DNA of 64,000 nt, from the IMG/VR virus record IMGVR_UViG_3300042549_008472, positions 1 to 64,000 of that record. One strand, 5' to 3'. A program made the translations under genes and the position numbers. Below are positions 21,282 through 32,200 of this stretch, piece by piece (within the stretch, counting starts at the first letter, position 1; every line of letters starts with the position of its first letter). The notes beneath the pieces were generated by a model, which worked only from the letters and a program-made list of their open reading frames with translations, was not told where the DNA came from and ran no database searches. The stretch comes from a virus.

Positions 21282-24200
21282 TGGACAACGAAGGAATAAT
21301 TAAAGATTTACGCAACAAATACAACCCTAAAAATAACGTTAACTTATTTGAGGTAAAGTTTGACGCACCAAAGCAAGAACAAGTAAAACCAAGCTTTTAT
21401 TCATATTCTGCCGACACGCAAGATATGGCATATCAAACTCTAAACGATGATACTCAAATAGCACGATATGAAAGCTATGTACCAGGCTCAGATAACAGCG
21501 AAAGACTTGCCTTAAATCAATCAACAGGAGATAAATGGATAAATGGATTAGGTAAATTTCTAGGTAAAACAGGAACAGCAGTTGGTGGAGGCACAGTAGG
21601 AACAATTTATGGTATTACAGAAGCTATAAAACAAGGTTCTTTTGACGCTCTATACGACAATGATTTCTCTAGAAAGTTAGATGATTTAAACGTCAAAATG
21701 GACTATCAACTCCCTAACTACTATACAAAACAAGAAAGAGATAAAGGGTTTTTAAGCAGTATGACAGATGCTAATTTTTGGGCAAATGATGTACTATCAG
21801 GACTTTCATTTACAGTTGGTGCAATTGTTTCAGAAGGTATTTGGGCAGCTGCAACAGGAGGAACTTCACTAGCTTCAACAGGAGCAAGATGGGGAATGAG
21901 AACTATAGGTGAAGCAGGAATACGTTCAGGATTAAAATCATTGAAAGGAACAGGAAAAACCTTATTAAAAGTTGGAGCAGTTAATGTTGATAAAGCTATT
22001 ACGGCAGGAAAAATTGGCGCAGGAGTAAATGCTTTAAGATTTGCCATAACTTCAACAGGTTACGAATCAGGTGTAGAAGCATTACATTTTAAAAAAGAGG
22101 CGGAAGAAAACTTCCAAGCAGATTTTGAAAAATTAAATGGAAGAGCTCCAAATGAAGAAGACTATGCACTCTTTAAGGAGAATTTAACAGGAGCTGCTAA
22201 CGGAGTATTTGCGCTAAATACAGCTCTTTTAATACCTTCCAATTTAGCTATGTTTGGTCAGAATGTAATGAAAAACTTACCTTCGCCATTCAAAGGAGTG
22301 ACTCAAAAATTAAATAAAAGTTTATACGGAATAGGTACTAGATTAGAAGGAGAAACCCTTAAAGTTTTAGACCCCACTAAATTCCAGAGGATTGCAAGAA
22401 AAGCGACAATCTTAGGGAAGCCTGCCATAACAGAGGGTTTATATGAAGAGGGTATGCAATCAGTCGCTTCAAACTTAATGGGTAAATACTTAGAAGCAAG
22501 CTTTAACCCAAAATACACCCGAAACAGTATAGACATGTTTGACGCTGTATATGATAGTATGGCTGAAACCTATGGCACTAAAGAGGGCTGGAAAGAGATT
22601 GGGATAGGAATGCTTATAGGAGGTGGAACAAGCCTTCTTATGGGGCAAGGAGCTAACGAATTTAAAAAGTTAGATAAAGCTCAAAAAGATTATGCTGAGT
22701 ATACTAACACCTATCAGCAAATGAGCCTGAGACAGAAAGGCATTATGAGTAATCAAACCCAGACTGCCATAACCAACTCAGAGACAGCCTTAGAGAGAAA
22801 TGACAGAGTTGGAGCTAACTTAGCATCTAATGAGGCAATCATTGCTCAAATGGATTATAAGTTTTCAGTGGGGGAAGATTTAGCTGACTTGACAGCAGAG
22901 TATGCTGATGCTTTAAACAAAATGACGGCTGAGGAGTTTAAAGAAATAGGTGTAGAAGAGAGTCAAATACAAGAGTATAAAGATACAGTTATAAGTGCTC
23001 ACAAATCACTAACAGAAAGATACGATAAGAATAGAACTTTTGCTGACTTATTTGTAGGAAGCTCTAATGTAATAGGGATGGATACTCAAGCTTTCGCTAA
23101 GGGATTGGCGTTTGCTATGACACAAGGGGAGAACTCTAATATTCTTATGGGAGATATCATAGAAAATTTATCTCAAAAACTAGGAGCAGAAAATACAGCT
23201 TCAATTCAAGCCGAGAGAAAACTAAGACAAGCAGGAGCAGAAGTAACTCAAGAAGTATATAAAACGGCGGAAGAAATAAAAGCTCTACAAGCCAGAAGTG
23301 CTCAATTAGAAAAGACCATTAGGAGAGTACAAGCAAGACCTAAAACTACGGGGGACATTAAAGGTAATCAACAAGCAGGTAATGAATACTTTGACGTAGC
23401 TGAACAACTTATAGACGTACAAGCACAATTAAGTGAAAAGCAAGCACAATTAGACTCACTTGTAGCAAGAGTAAATAGTGAAATAGGAAAACAACAAGGA
23501 ATAGGAGAATTAAATTTACAAGGAAACCTAACAACAGACTTAGTTTCCTCAGATGTATTTTTAAACTTACAAGAGAATATAAAAAAAACAGACGCTTTAA
23601 TTGAATCTTACAGAAATACTAATCCACAAGCATTTGCGGAATTAGCTGAATTAACTAGACAATACAAGAGTGCAGAACAAAACTTTGAGGGTTATCAAAC
23701 CCTGGCTAATCAGATGATGAGTGGTAAGTTAAACTTCAAATCTACAAACACTTGGATTGGAAAAGCTTTGAAAAAGGGGCAGACCTTAGATGATTTTACC
23801 ACTGACTTTTTTGCAGGAATAAGAGACACAACAGAAAGAGCTAATGCAGAATTTGAAGTAGTAGATACACAAGAGGAAGAGATAGCAAGAGACCCTAACA
23901 AACCATCACAAGAAAATAAGAATGAAGAGAAAATACAGGTATTAAATCAACAGTTAAGCGAGTTAGAAGCAGAACTAAAAGCATTAGAAAATAAATCTAA
24001 AACTAATAATGGTAAAGTTACTAATGTTGTAACTAAACCCGAAGTTAAATCTGATATAGAAACTAAAAAAGCTGATATAGAAAAATTAGAAAAAGATAAG
24101 CAAGAAGAATTAAATAAAGATGTGTCAGACAGGTTTTCACAAGTAGAACGGCAACAAGCAAAACTTGAACCTAACCAAGAAGCACCTTTAAAGATAGGTA

Positions 24201-26656
24201 CACCTTATAATGGAGGTATGAAATTAAGTGCCACTTTTGTTGCTATTGATGAAGATGCAGGAAAAGATGGTTATGAAGCTATTGTAAAAGTTATAAAACC
24301 TCAAATAAATCAGCTTAATGAAGAAACAGGGAATATAGAGATGACTCAATCTGCACAAGTAGAAGTTGGTGTTTTTAAAGATAAAGAGTCTTATGATAAG
24401 TGGGAAAAAAATGAAAGAGACAAAACAAAAGAAAGATATAAAAATAGAGAAAATAGAATCAACGTTAAATACAATACACAAATAGCTCAAAAACAAGCAG
24501 AACTAAAAGCATTAGAACAATCTACATCTATTCAAACAGTAAATCCCAGAGTAGTAGAATTAGAAAAAAAGATAACAGATTTAAAAAAGGAAATAACAAA
24601 TTTAGGAGTAGCTCCTACTCCAAAGCTATCAACAGTAGACCAATTAAAAGCAAGGATTAAAAACGGCTTAGAAAACAGATTTCGTTCAATAGAGTATATA
24701 GGTCAAACAGCAGATGAACTTAAAATAAAAAAACCAACTCAAAAAGACGTAGACAGATTTCAAGAACTGTATAAAACAAGAACTGCTGAACAAGAACAAG
24801 AATACCAAGAACTAAGAAAAAAATTCGCCGATTGGAGAATGGTGGACAGTGCCTACGAGAATGAAGGAGAAACTTTAGCAGATTTAGTAGAAATTTTAGA
24901 ACAATTAGAAACTGCACAAGAAGTCGCCCAAACAAAAGTAGAAACAACAGAGGGGGACATTCAAGACATAACAGAAGAAGATAAGGCAACAGGTAATATT
25001 GTAGCAGACGAAATAGGACAAAGAAGTGTAGCACCAGCAACGGCACAAAGAACAATTAAAGGAGAGATTAAGTTCAGTCACCTAAAAATTGATACTTTTT
25101 TGAATAGATTAGGAATGCCCTATGAAATAGAATTTCCAAAAGGAGAAAAAAATCCCGAAGCTATGGGTGTAAAATATAAACTCTCAAGTGAAAATCCTAT
25201 AACAATTACTATGGGAGAAGGAGGTACTATTCTTATGAAAGAGAAAGACTACTTTGCTAATATGGAAGCATTAAACCTAAGAATATTAAGAACAGCTCAA
25301 GAACAAGTTACTTGGAGTTATTTTGATGTTTATGAGTGGAATGGAGTAGAAACAGTGCCAAAAACTTCTGAATTTGAGGGGGATACTCTAACAGGGGATT
25401 CTTACACTTTGCCTATTGACACTCCTATGGAGTTATATTTAGACTTGGAACACCCTTACAATAAAACTCTAATTGAAGAATATAATAAATCAAAAAAAGA
25501 GGAAAAGCACAAAAAGAAGATAATGTCTCAATTAGTTATTTATATAAGAAAAGACGGCAAAAACTATTCAACTTTAAAATCTCTAAGAGAAAAATCAACA
25601 GACCCTAAAATGCAACTCATTAGAGAAGCATCGTTTCAAGCTATGCTTTTAGGTACTTCAACAGTTGTAGGAGAGACTAAGTTGGACAAGATTTTTATGG
25701 GAACTCCTAAATTTAGTTTAACACAAGAGGGGAGATTAAACACCTTTTATTTTAATGATAAATCTATAAAAGAAGTTGTAACTACGGGATATATTTTGAA
25801 CGGGGAATTGACTTTGGCAGATAAAAGTTTAACAGAAGTTAAGAGAAGTTTTGTAAGTAAGTTGTCAACTAAAAACAAAGAAAGTAAAATCCCTGTTGTA
25901 GTAGTTAAGAAAGGACAGTACTTAGTTGCATATCCAATATCATTATCAAAAACTTCGGCTTCAAAAGAATCTGAATTAGATGTAATTTTAAACTCTCCAA
26001 TAGCAGACGTAGAAAAAGTAAAAGCTATTAATAAACTACTTTTAGAAAATCAAGTGTTACCAAGTAAGTATAACTTAGTGAGTTTAGATGACGCTAAAAT
26101 AGAACAGATTAGAGAAGAGATGAAAAATCATACAACAACTCAGTCTGTGGATTTAATGGCGGAAGTAAGCTATAAAAAAGAACAGTTAAAAGAGGATGCA
26201 ACAATTCAAATTAACTTGGAAGATTTGAATAACAGCATTTCCTCTCCAAAGATAAGTATTGACTTAGCAGGAGCTATTGTTAAAACTACTAATGACTTTA
26301 AGAACAGTAGTTTAACTGACTTAGAGAATGAGCTAAGTAATGAAGCTATAAGAATCAACAGTTTACTGTCTTCAAGAAATGGAGTTGTGGGATATGCAGA
26401 TAAAAATGGAGACCCTATTGAAGACAAGTTTATAGAGGTTTTTGATGACAATGAAGTTAATAAGTCGCCTGAAAACCAATTAGAGAAGATGAAAAATTTA
26501 AACATCCTATCTAAAGCTATGAATAACCTAACTAAAAATGCAAGAGCTTTCTTGGGAACAGATAATGTAAAGGCAATTCAAGCCAAACTAAAACAACTAG
26601 AAACAGTTAGAAACCAATTAAATACAAGACCTGTTCAAAATAATGTTGCATGTTAA
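21281..26656 (+). CDS. Large ejection/cargo protein with membrane-inserting glycine-rich helices
   Basis: 1791 aa; QSTGDKWINGLGKF, LPNYYT, GLYEEGMQ and G/A-rich hydrophobic segments; coiled coils. Confidence 0.6.
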   Translation: MDNEGIIKDLRNKYNPKNNVNLFEVKFDAPKQEQVKPSFYSYSADTQDMAYQTLNDDTQIARYESYVPGSDNSERLALNQSTGDKWINGLGKFLGKTGTAVGGGTVGTIYGITEAIKQGSFDALYDNDFSRKLDDLNVKMDYQLPNYYTKQERDKGFLSSMTDANFWANDVLSGLSFTVGAIVSEGIWAAATGGTSLASTGARWGMRTIGEAGIRSGLKSLKGTGKTLLKVGAVNVDKAITAGKIGAGVNALRFAITSTGYESGVEALHFKKEAEENFQADFEKLNGRAPNEEDYALFKENLTGAANGVFALNTALLIPSNLAMFGQNVMKNLPSPFKGVTQKLNKSLYGIGTRLEGETLKVLDPTKFQRIARKATILGKPAITEGLYEEGMQSVASNLMGKYLEASFNPKYTRNSIDMFDAVYDSMAETYGTKEGWKEIGIGMLIGGGTSLLMGQGANEFKKLDKAQKDYAEYTNTYQQMSLRQKGIMSNQTQTAITNSETALERNDRVGANLASNEAIIAQMDYKFSVGEDLADLTAEYADALNKMTAEEFKEIGVEESQIQEYKDTVISAHKSLTERYDKNRTFADLFVGSSNVIGMDTQAFAKGLAFAMTQGENSNILMGDIIENLSQKLGAENTASIQAERKLRQAGAEVTQEVYKTAEEIKALQARSAQLEKTIRRVQARPKTTGDIKGNQQAGNEYFDVAEQLIDVQAQLSEKQAQLDSLVARVNSEIGKQQGIGELNLQGNLTTDLVSSDVFLNLQENIKKTDALIESYRNTNPQAFAELAELTRQYKSAEQNFEGYQTLANQMMSGKLNFKSTNTWIGKALKKGQTLDDFTTDFFAGIRDTTERANAEFEVVDTQEEEIARDPNKPSQENKNEEKIQVLNQQLSELEAELKALENKSKTNNGKVTNVVTKPEVKSDIETKKADIEKLEKDKQEELNKDVSDRFSQVERQQAKLEPNQEAPLKIGTPYNGGMKLSATFVAIDEDAGKDGYEAIVKVIKPQINQLNEETGNIEMTQSAQVEVGVFKDKESYDKWEKNERDKTKERYKNRENRINVKYNTQIAQKQAELKALEQSTSIQTVNPRVVELEKKITDLKKEITNLGVAPTPKLSTVDQLKARIKNGLENRFRSIEYIGQTADELKIKKPTQKDVDRFQELYKTRTAEQEQEYQELRKKFADWRMVDSAYENEGETLADLVEILEQLETAQEVAQTKVETTEGDIQDITEEDKATGNIVADEIGQRSVAPATAQRTIKGEIKFSHLKIDTFLNRLGMPYEIEFPKGEKNPEAMGVKYKLSSENPITITMGEGGTILMKEKDYFANMEALNLRILRTAQEQVTWSYFDVYEWNGVETVPKTSEFEGDTLTGDSYTLPIDTPMELYLDLEHPYNKTLIEEYNKSKKEEKHKKKIMSQLVIYIRKDGKNYSTLKSLREKSTDPKMQLIREASFQAMLLGTSTVVGETKLDKIFMGTPKFSLTQEGRLNTFYFNDKSIKEVVTTGYILNGELTLADKSLTEVKRSFVSKLSTKNKESKIPVVVVKKGQYLVAYPISLSKTSASKESELDVILNSPIADVEKVKAINKLLLENQVLPSKYNLVSLDDAKIEQIREEMKNHTTTQSVDLMAEVSYKKEQLKEDATIQINLEDLNNSISSPKISIDLAGAIVKTTNDFKNSSLTDLENELSNEAIRINSLLSSRNGVVGYADKNGDPIEDKFIEVFDDNEVNKSPENQLEKMKNLNILSKAMNNLTKNARAFLGTDNVKAIQAKLKQLETVRNQLNTRPVQNNVAC

Positions 26657-26676
26657 TAATTAATTTTATATATTTG
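26646..26676 (+). promoter_or_regulatory. Bacteroidetes promoter (leaderless transcript likely)
   Basis: TTG-N20-TATATTTG ending 4 nt before ATG 26681. Confidence 0.65.
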
Positions 26677-26680
26677 TAAA

Positions 26681-26869
26681 ATGGAAGCAAAACAAAAAGA
26701 ACAGTTGAAACAGTTTGAAGAACTAGGACTTGACACCTACAGACAAACATACGCTGAATGCGTAGATGAACTAATCTCTAAATACTTAGGCGTTTGTGAT
26801 GCCCTAGAATACGATGAAGAAGAACGGTGGAGAAAAGAACTACTAAGAATTAAAAACCCAACCAACTAA
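26681..26869 (+). CDS. Small hypothetical protein
   Basis: 62-aa ORF with its own promoter; stop overlaps the next ATG. Confidence 0.55.
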   Translation: MEAKQKEQLKQFEELGLDTYRQTYAECVDELISKYLGVCDALEYDEEERWRKELLRIKNPTN

Positions 26870-29148
26870 TGAGTTGTCAAATTAAAAACGGTCAATATTT
26901 TGCACCAAATGAAAATCCATCAATCCTATATAAAGAACTTTCTCAACAAGTAGGAGAAGAGAAAGCAGGGGAGTTATTTGTGTATGCTTATTCAAATGAG
27001 TTTACAAATTCATATTTAGTACCTCTAAAAAGTAGCTACAAGTCAAAAGTATTTCAAGCTTTAGATGCCACAAGAAGCTATAATGGAGAAGCTAAGTACA
27101 AAACTTTAGAAGTTAATGGTTTTAGAACACTCCAAATGTTTCAAGACGGTAAAATGCTTGGATATATAAGAATGAAGCCTTTTAAAGACGGTATGCAAAT
27201 TGAGAGAGTAAATCTTTCGGCGGGAACAAAAAAAGGACAAGTAATAGGTAAAGAACTTTACATTAGAGCTATTAAGGACACTCTAAGAAGAGATGTACCA
27301 CTATACTCAGATAATGCTCAAACGCAAGATGCTTTAAGAGTGTGGGAAAGTTTAAGTGATAGTGGGGTTGTAACTAAGGAAGGAGTTAATTTTAAAGTTA
27401 ATAATCTACCTCAATCACATTTTGACAGTAACGGAGAGATAAAAGCTTCCAAATTAATTCAAAGAGTCGGCGAAGAAAATAAAACAGAAGAGTCTCTATC
27501 ATTTGTAGAACAATTACAAGTTAGAGATATGATGATACAATTTCCCGAAGTAGAAAACTCCACAGAACTTTACAACCAACTAGAAAAAGCTTTTTACACA
27601 GAGGGTATGTTCTTTCCAACACAAGATAGTCTAAAAGACATTTACAATGAATATGAAATAGAAGTAATTCTTAGTGACACTTCTTTACAAGGAAGAATAA
27701 AAAGTGCCATAGATAAGCTTAGAAACACTTCTGAAATAAATAACAACTCTTACGACATAGAATATTTAGACACCCTAAATGAACTTAATATTTTCGGTAA
27801 AAGTAATGTCAATAATCCTCTAAGATTCCAGAGTGATTTGATTCAAGATTTTGCAGGAACAGAAAATTTAGAAGAAACACTTCTAACGGTAGAATCAACA
27901 AGTTTTCAAAAGAAAGATAAAGAACCTATAATAGAAGAATTAAACAGATATGTAAGAATCCCTCAAATAGATGAACAAGGTAACACTATCTTAAATGAAC
28001 CTTTTTATCCTGAATTTTTTAAAGAGTTTACAGATATGTCTGTAATTAGAGCTTTGGACACATTAATTCAAATGCCCTCAGATTTAGCAAACACAGAACA
28101 AGCAAAAGAAGTTATGCAAGGAGTTGAAGAAAGTCTTTTGGAGATAGGATTGGACATTAGAGGATTTAACGAATTTGAAAACTATCAAAGTATTTTACCA
28201 AGTTTACAAGATTTTCTTATTAATGAGAATGTAGAACCGTTTAAAGCTCAATATTTAGAGTTTAAATCGGCGGAACAAACAATAAAAGAAGTGCCTACCA
28301 TAATTGAAAACAAAGAAAGAAATTACAAATATTTAGAAACTGAATTAAGTGAACAAGAGCTATTTGACAATTTAAACCTAGTCCAAACAGCAGTTCCTAA
28401 TGTCTACCACAAAGTAAATAAAATAGATTTTGAAGAACTTAAAACCATTATAGAGGCAGAAGACACTATTTCAGAAATAGATGCATATAAAGAGTATTTT
28501 GGATATCCAAGAGAAGTTCAATATCCTCAAAGAGAAGTTTTATCAGAAAGTTTTACAGGAGTAAGTTCAGATTTTATTTCTGATTTTTATGTAGAAATTT
28601 TAAAAGCAGAAGAGGGAGATTTTTACAGTAATTTCAAAGTAACAGAAAAAGGGATTGAATTAATTAGTGATGACATTCTAACAATTGGAAAAGTTAAAGC
28701 TTATATTAAAGATGGTGTTAAGCTTGGAAGAGAATTAGAGCAATACAGCTTACTTAGTAAATCAATGCCAAATTTAATTGACAAAGCAGAATTTACAGTT
28801 GAAGATAAGATATCTCAAAGAATTTCCGCCGTAAACAATAAAAGAACAGTAGAAAAACCTAACAACATACTAACTACCATAAACAATAACATGGTAACAG
28901 TAAAAAACACTCAACAACCATATATAAAAATAGGAGAAGATATCTATGAAGCTCAACAAGTAATAGGAGAAGATACTTACTATTTAAAAGTTTATTCAGA
29001 AGCTAACTCTACCTTCAATGATTTTAATCCATCAGTTTTTACAGCAGTTCCTTTAAAAGACTTTCTAAATAAGAATATTTCCAACGACACAAAAATTAAA
29101 AAATCGTGGAAAAAAGAAACTGTGGGTGATATGTTCGATTGTATTTAA
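26869..29148 (+). CDS. Cargo/polyvalent protein with GNAT-like domain
   Basis: MSC...NPSILYKEL N-terminus; KKGQVIGKELY...LYSDNAQTQDALRVWESL GNAT-like segment. Confidence 0.55.
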   Translation: MSCQIKNGQYFAPNENPSILYKELSQQVGEEKAGELFVYAYSNEFTNSYLVPLKSSYKSKVFQALDATRSYNGEAKYKTLEVNGFRTLQMFQDGKMLGYIRMKPFKDGMQIERVNLSAGTKKGQVIGKELYIRAIKDTLRRDVPLYSDNAQTQDALRVWESLSDSGVVTKEGVNFKVNNLPQSHFDSNGEIKASKLIQRVGEENKTEESLSFVEQLQVRDMMIQFPEVENSTELYNQLEKAFYTEGMFFPTQDSLKDIYNEYEIEVILSDTSLQGRIKSAIDKLRNTSEINNNSYDIEYLDTLNELNIFGKSNVNNPLRFQSDLIQDFAGTENLEETLLTVESTSFQKKDKEPIIEELNRYVRIPQIDEQGNTILNEPFYPEFFKEFTDMSVIRALDTLIQMPSDLANTEQAKEVMQGVEESLLEIGLDIRGFNEFENYQSILPSLQDFLINENVEPFKAQYLEFKSAEQTIKEVPTIIENKERNYKYLETELSEQELFDNLNLVQTAVPNVYHKVNKIDFEELKTIIEAEDTISEIDAYKEYFGYPREVQYPQREVLSESFTGVSSDFISDFYVEILKAEEGDFYSNFKVTEKGIELISDDILTIGKVKAYIKDGVKLGRELEQYSLLSKSMPNLIDKAEFTVEDKISQRISAVNNKRTVEKPNNILTTINNNMVTVKNTQQPYIKIGEDIYEAQQVIGEDTYYLKVYSEANSTFNDFNPSVFTAVPLKDFLNKNISNDTKIKKSWKKETVGDMFDCI

Positions 29149-29163
29149 GAAAAATTAATAATG

Positions 29164-29194
29164 TTGTATAAATAAAATAAAAACACTATATTTG
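29164..29194 (+). promoter_or_regulatory. Bacteroidetes promoter
   Basis: TTG-N20-TATATTTG. Confidence 0.65.
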
Positions 29195-29195
29195 T

Positions 29196-29224
29196 AACCT
29201 CGTTCAACTTTTGGGCGGGGTTTT
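29196..29224 (+). terminator. Terminator-like hairpin
   Basis: AACCTCGTTCAA/TTGGGCGGGGTT stem with G-U pairs, followed by Ts. Confidence 0.55.
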
Positions 29225-29244
29225 AATTTTAAAAGATAAAACAC

Positions 29245-32200
29245 ATGGCGTGTAAAGTAGAATTTACAAAAGACGGTAAAATAAGAGGAGTTTTAAACTC
29301 AGAAAATAAACCCTCAACACTATTTAAACAAATTGTATCAACTCCAACTATAACAGTGGAGCAAGCAATTGATGCATTTAAAAATACGGTTAAAAAGCAA
29401 GTAGTAGTAGAACAAAAAGCCATAGAACCAAACCTAACATTTGAAACTCCACAAGGAGAAGAGTTCACCACTTATAAAGAAGCACTAAAAAACACTAAAG
29501 AAGGAAACATTAAACTACAAGTCGATGGTAAAACTATTGCAGAGGTAGACTCAACAGTAGATTTAAGAACGGCGGAAGGCACAATCAACAGTTTAATAAA
29601 AGAAGGACTACTATCAGGAGAAAGAGTTTTAGAACCTAATGGAGATTTAGTTTACATTACAGAAGGACAAACCGAAATTAAAAAAGCAGTTAATTCTGTA
29701 TTTATAGAAGACGAAGCTATTAAAACCTTTGGACAAACAAGAGTTAAAAGACTTTCTAATTATAACTTCATTTTTGACGATTTAGTTAATAAAAGAAGAA
29801 TTGGAGATACCACCTATACAAAGCAAGAGGTAAAGGAAATGTCCATAGAAGAAGTAAGAGAAAAATTCCCCCAAGAAGAAGCAGATGCTCTTACGGTTGA
29901 AAAAATATTTATAGAGAATTACAGAGCTTTTGGCGAGACTAAAGTTTTAGAGGAAGTTCAAGAGTACACACCTGAGAATGAGTTGCAACTGTCTCTAATG
30001 GATTTGCTTAACAAACTTGGCATCAAAACAACTTCAATAACTTCTTACATGGAAGTGTTCACAGCTAAAAATGGCGTAGCACCATCAGCAAGAGCTTTAG
30101 CAGATATTGCCGAAAAAGTAATAGCTTTTGAAAATGGGGAAATAACAGCGGACACTTTAACAGAAGAGGTAGCTCACTTTATAGTGGAAGCTTTTGACAT
30201 TAATGAAGTAGAGAATCTATTGAGAAATATTCATAAAACACCTCAATATACGCAATATGCAGAGACTTATAGAGAAATCTATGCAGATGAATATAGTGGA
30301 GCAGAATTAGAAAACGCTGTAAGAAGAGAAGTTTTAGGTAAGATTTTAGCGGAGTCTTTACAAGCTAATTTTGAAGCAAGCCAAGTTAAAGTAGAAGAAA
30401 ACTTTCTAAATTATTTGAAGAACTTGGTTAACAAATTTTTCGAAACGGTAAGAGCGTACTTTAAGCCACAATATCAAAAGGATTTAAATAAATTTCAAGA
30501 CCAAATATTTAAAAACTTATTGGCAGGGGATTTAATGGACAGTTTAAATCCTGAACAACTAGAAGGGAATAAATTTAGACTATACAACACTGACCCAAAA
30601 GACAGAACAGCTTTAGACTTACTTGGCAGAAGAGCTGAGCGAGCAGAATTATTATTGTCTTCACAATTGTATCAAATACAACCAAAAGATGCCGTTCAGA
30701 AGCAAGTTTTAGTTAAGCTTAGAGAAGATATTGCAAAAGAAGAATTTATAGGAGCTTATGCGGGAATTATTTCAATGACTCAAAGACAAACAAAATACTT
30801 ACAGAGAGCCGCCGAAAAGAATAAGAACAAGAATTATATGTTTTCAGCAGAGGAAAAGATTGTCTATAATTCTCTAATTGGAGAGATGAGTAAACTACTA
30901 GGAGAAGTAAGAACAAGTTTAGTAGATTCAACAATAATTGAACCTTTAAAAAGAGACTTTATGATTTCTGAGTTGGAGAGAGTGACTAAACAAATTGCCG
31001 ATTTACAAGGTCAAGTAGGAAACATTGAGTCAAATGCAATGCAAAACATTGTAGATAAAATGGCAACAAGACTAGGTTTAGCAGATGCACAAAAAGTAAA
31101 ACTACTAGCAGATTTACAAGGTAATCAGAAAGAGACCAACTTCTTACACACTTACTTTGGGCAGTTAATACATGCTCAAAATGCTTATTTAAATGTTGCG
31201 GGAGAAATAACAGCAAAAACAGTAACAGAAGCTAGATTAGGATATTTGAGTAATGTAAAACCGTTCTTAAACACTTTAGAAAGATTAGGTATAGATACTA
31301 CTCAGCTAAAAAACTTGGCAAAAGGAAGTTACATAGAAAACATTCACAATAGAACATTACTAGAAGAAGCGGAAAACAAAGAAGCAACTAGAATTTACAA
31401 CAGTCTAGCTGAACCAACTGACGCCGTTACAGAGGATGAGTATAAAAGAAAGTTTAGTGATGGAACTCTTAAACCTTTGGATGCTATAAGTGCAAATGAA
31501 TTTAGTAAACAGATGAGAACTTGGAGAGAAGAAAATGTATCTGAAACCATGTTTACTTCTGAAGAGACAAAATTAAGAAGAGAGAAATTACAAAAGTACA
31601 ACCCTCTAACGCAAAGTTTTGAAAGAACAATGTCTTCAGCTTATGCAGATATAATGAAAAATGCCGAAGTAGTCAATGGAGTTCCTTTAATGACTACCGA
31701 GATGAAAGATGACATTGAAGAGCAAAGAAAGAATAGAACAGAAGCTAAATCTATATTTGATTCAGGAGGAAACTTTAGAAAAGGCTTGACTACAATTTCT
31801 TTGGAAGAGTTTGATGAGGCAAATACAGACCACGTAAAAGTAGGTAATCTTTACATAGCAAGAAACTCAGATATTGAAAATGACGGTATTTTAGCATTTG
31901 AGTTAAACCAAATTGACAATGAAAAATTATTAACGTCTAAGGAAAAAAGTACAGACAGAAGTGTTTTCTCTGACTCTTTCAAAGAGATGTTGAGTAATAT
32001 GAGTAATGCAGATGCCTATGACTTTGTGGCTTTAAACTCTTACATTGGGTACACTAACGAATACTATGAGTTAACAAAAAGCCCCGAAACTCTAATTGAC
32101 AAGTTAAGAACGGCAAAAGAGGATAAACCAGAAGAAGCGGATAAAATTGAAGCAATAATTAGAGAAATAGCTCTTTACAACGCTAAAATTAACAACATCC

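Noticed and set aside
30160-30180. Active zinc metallopeptidase in the 1915-aa protein
   Set aside because: The motif is EEVAH, lacking the first His of HExxH; likely degenerate
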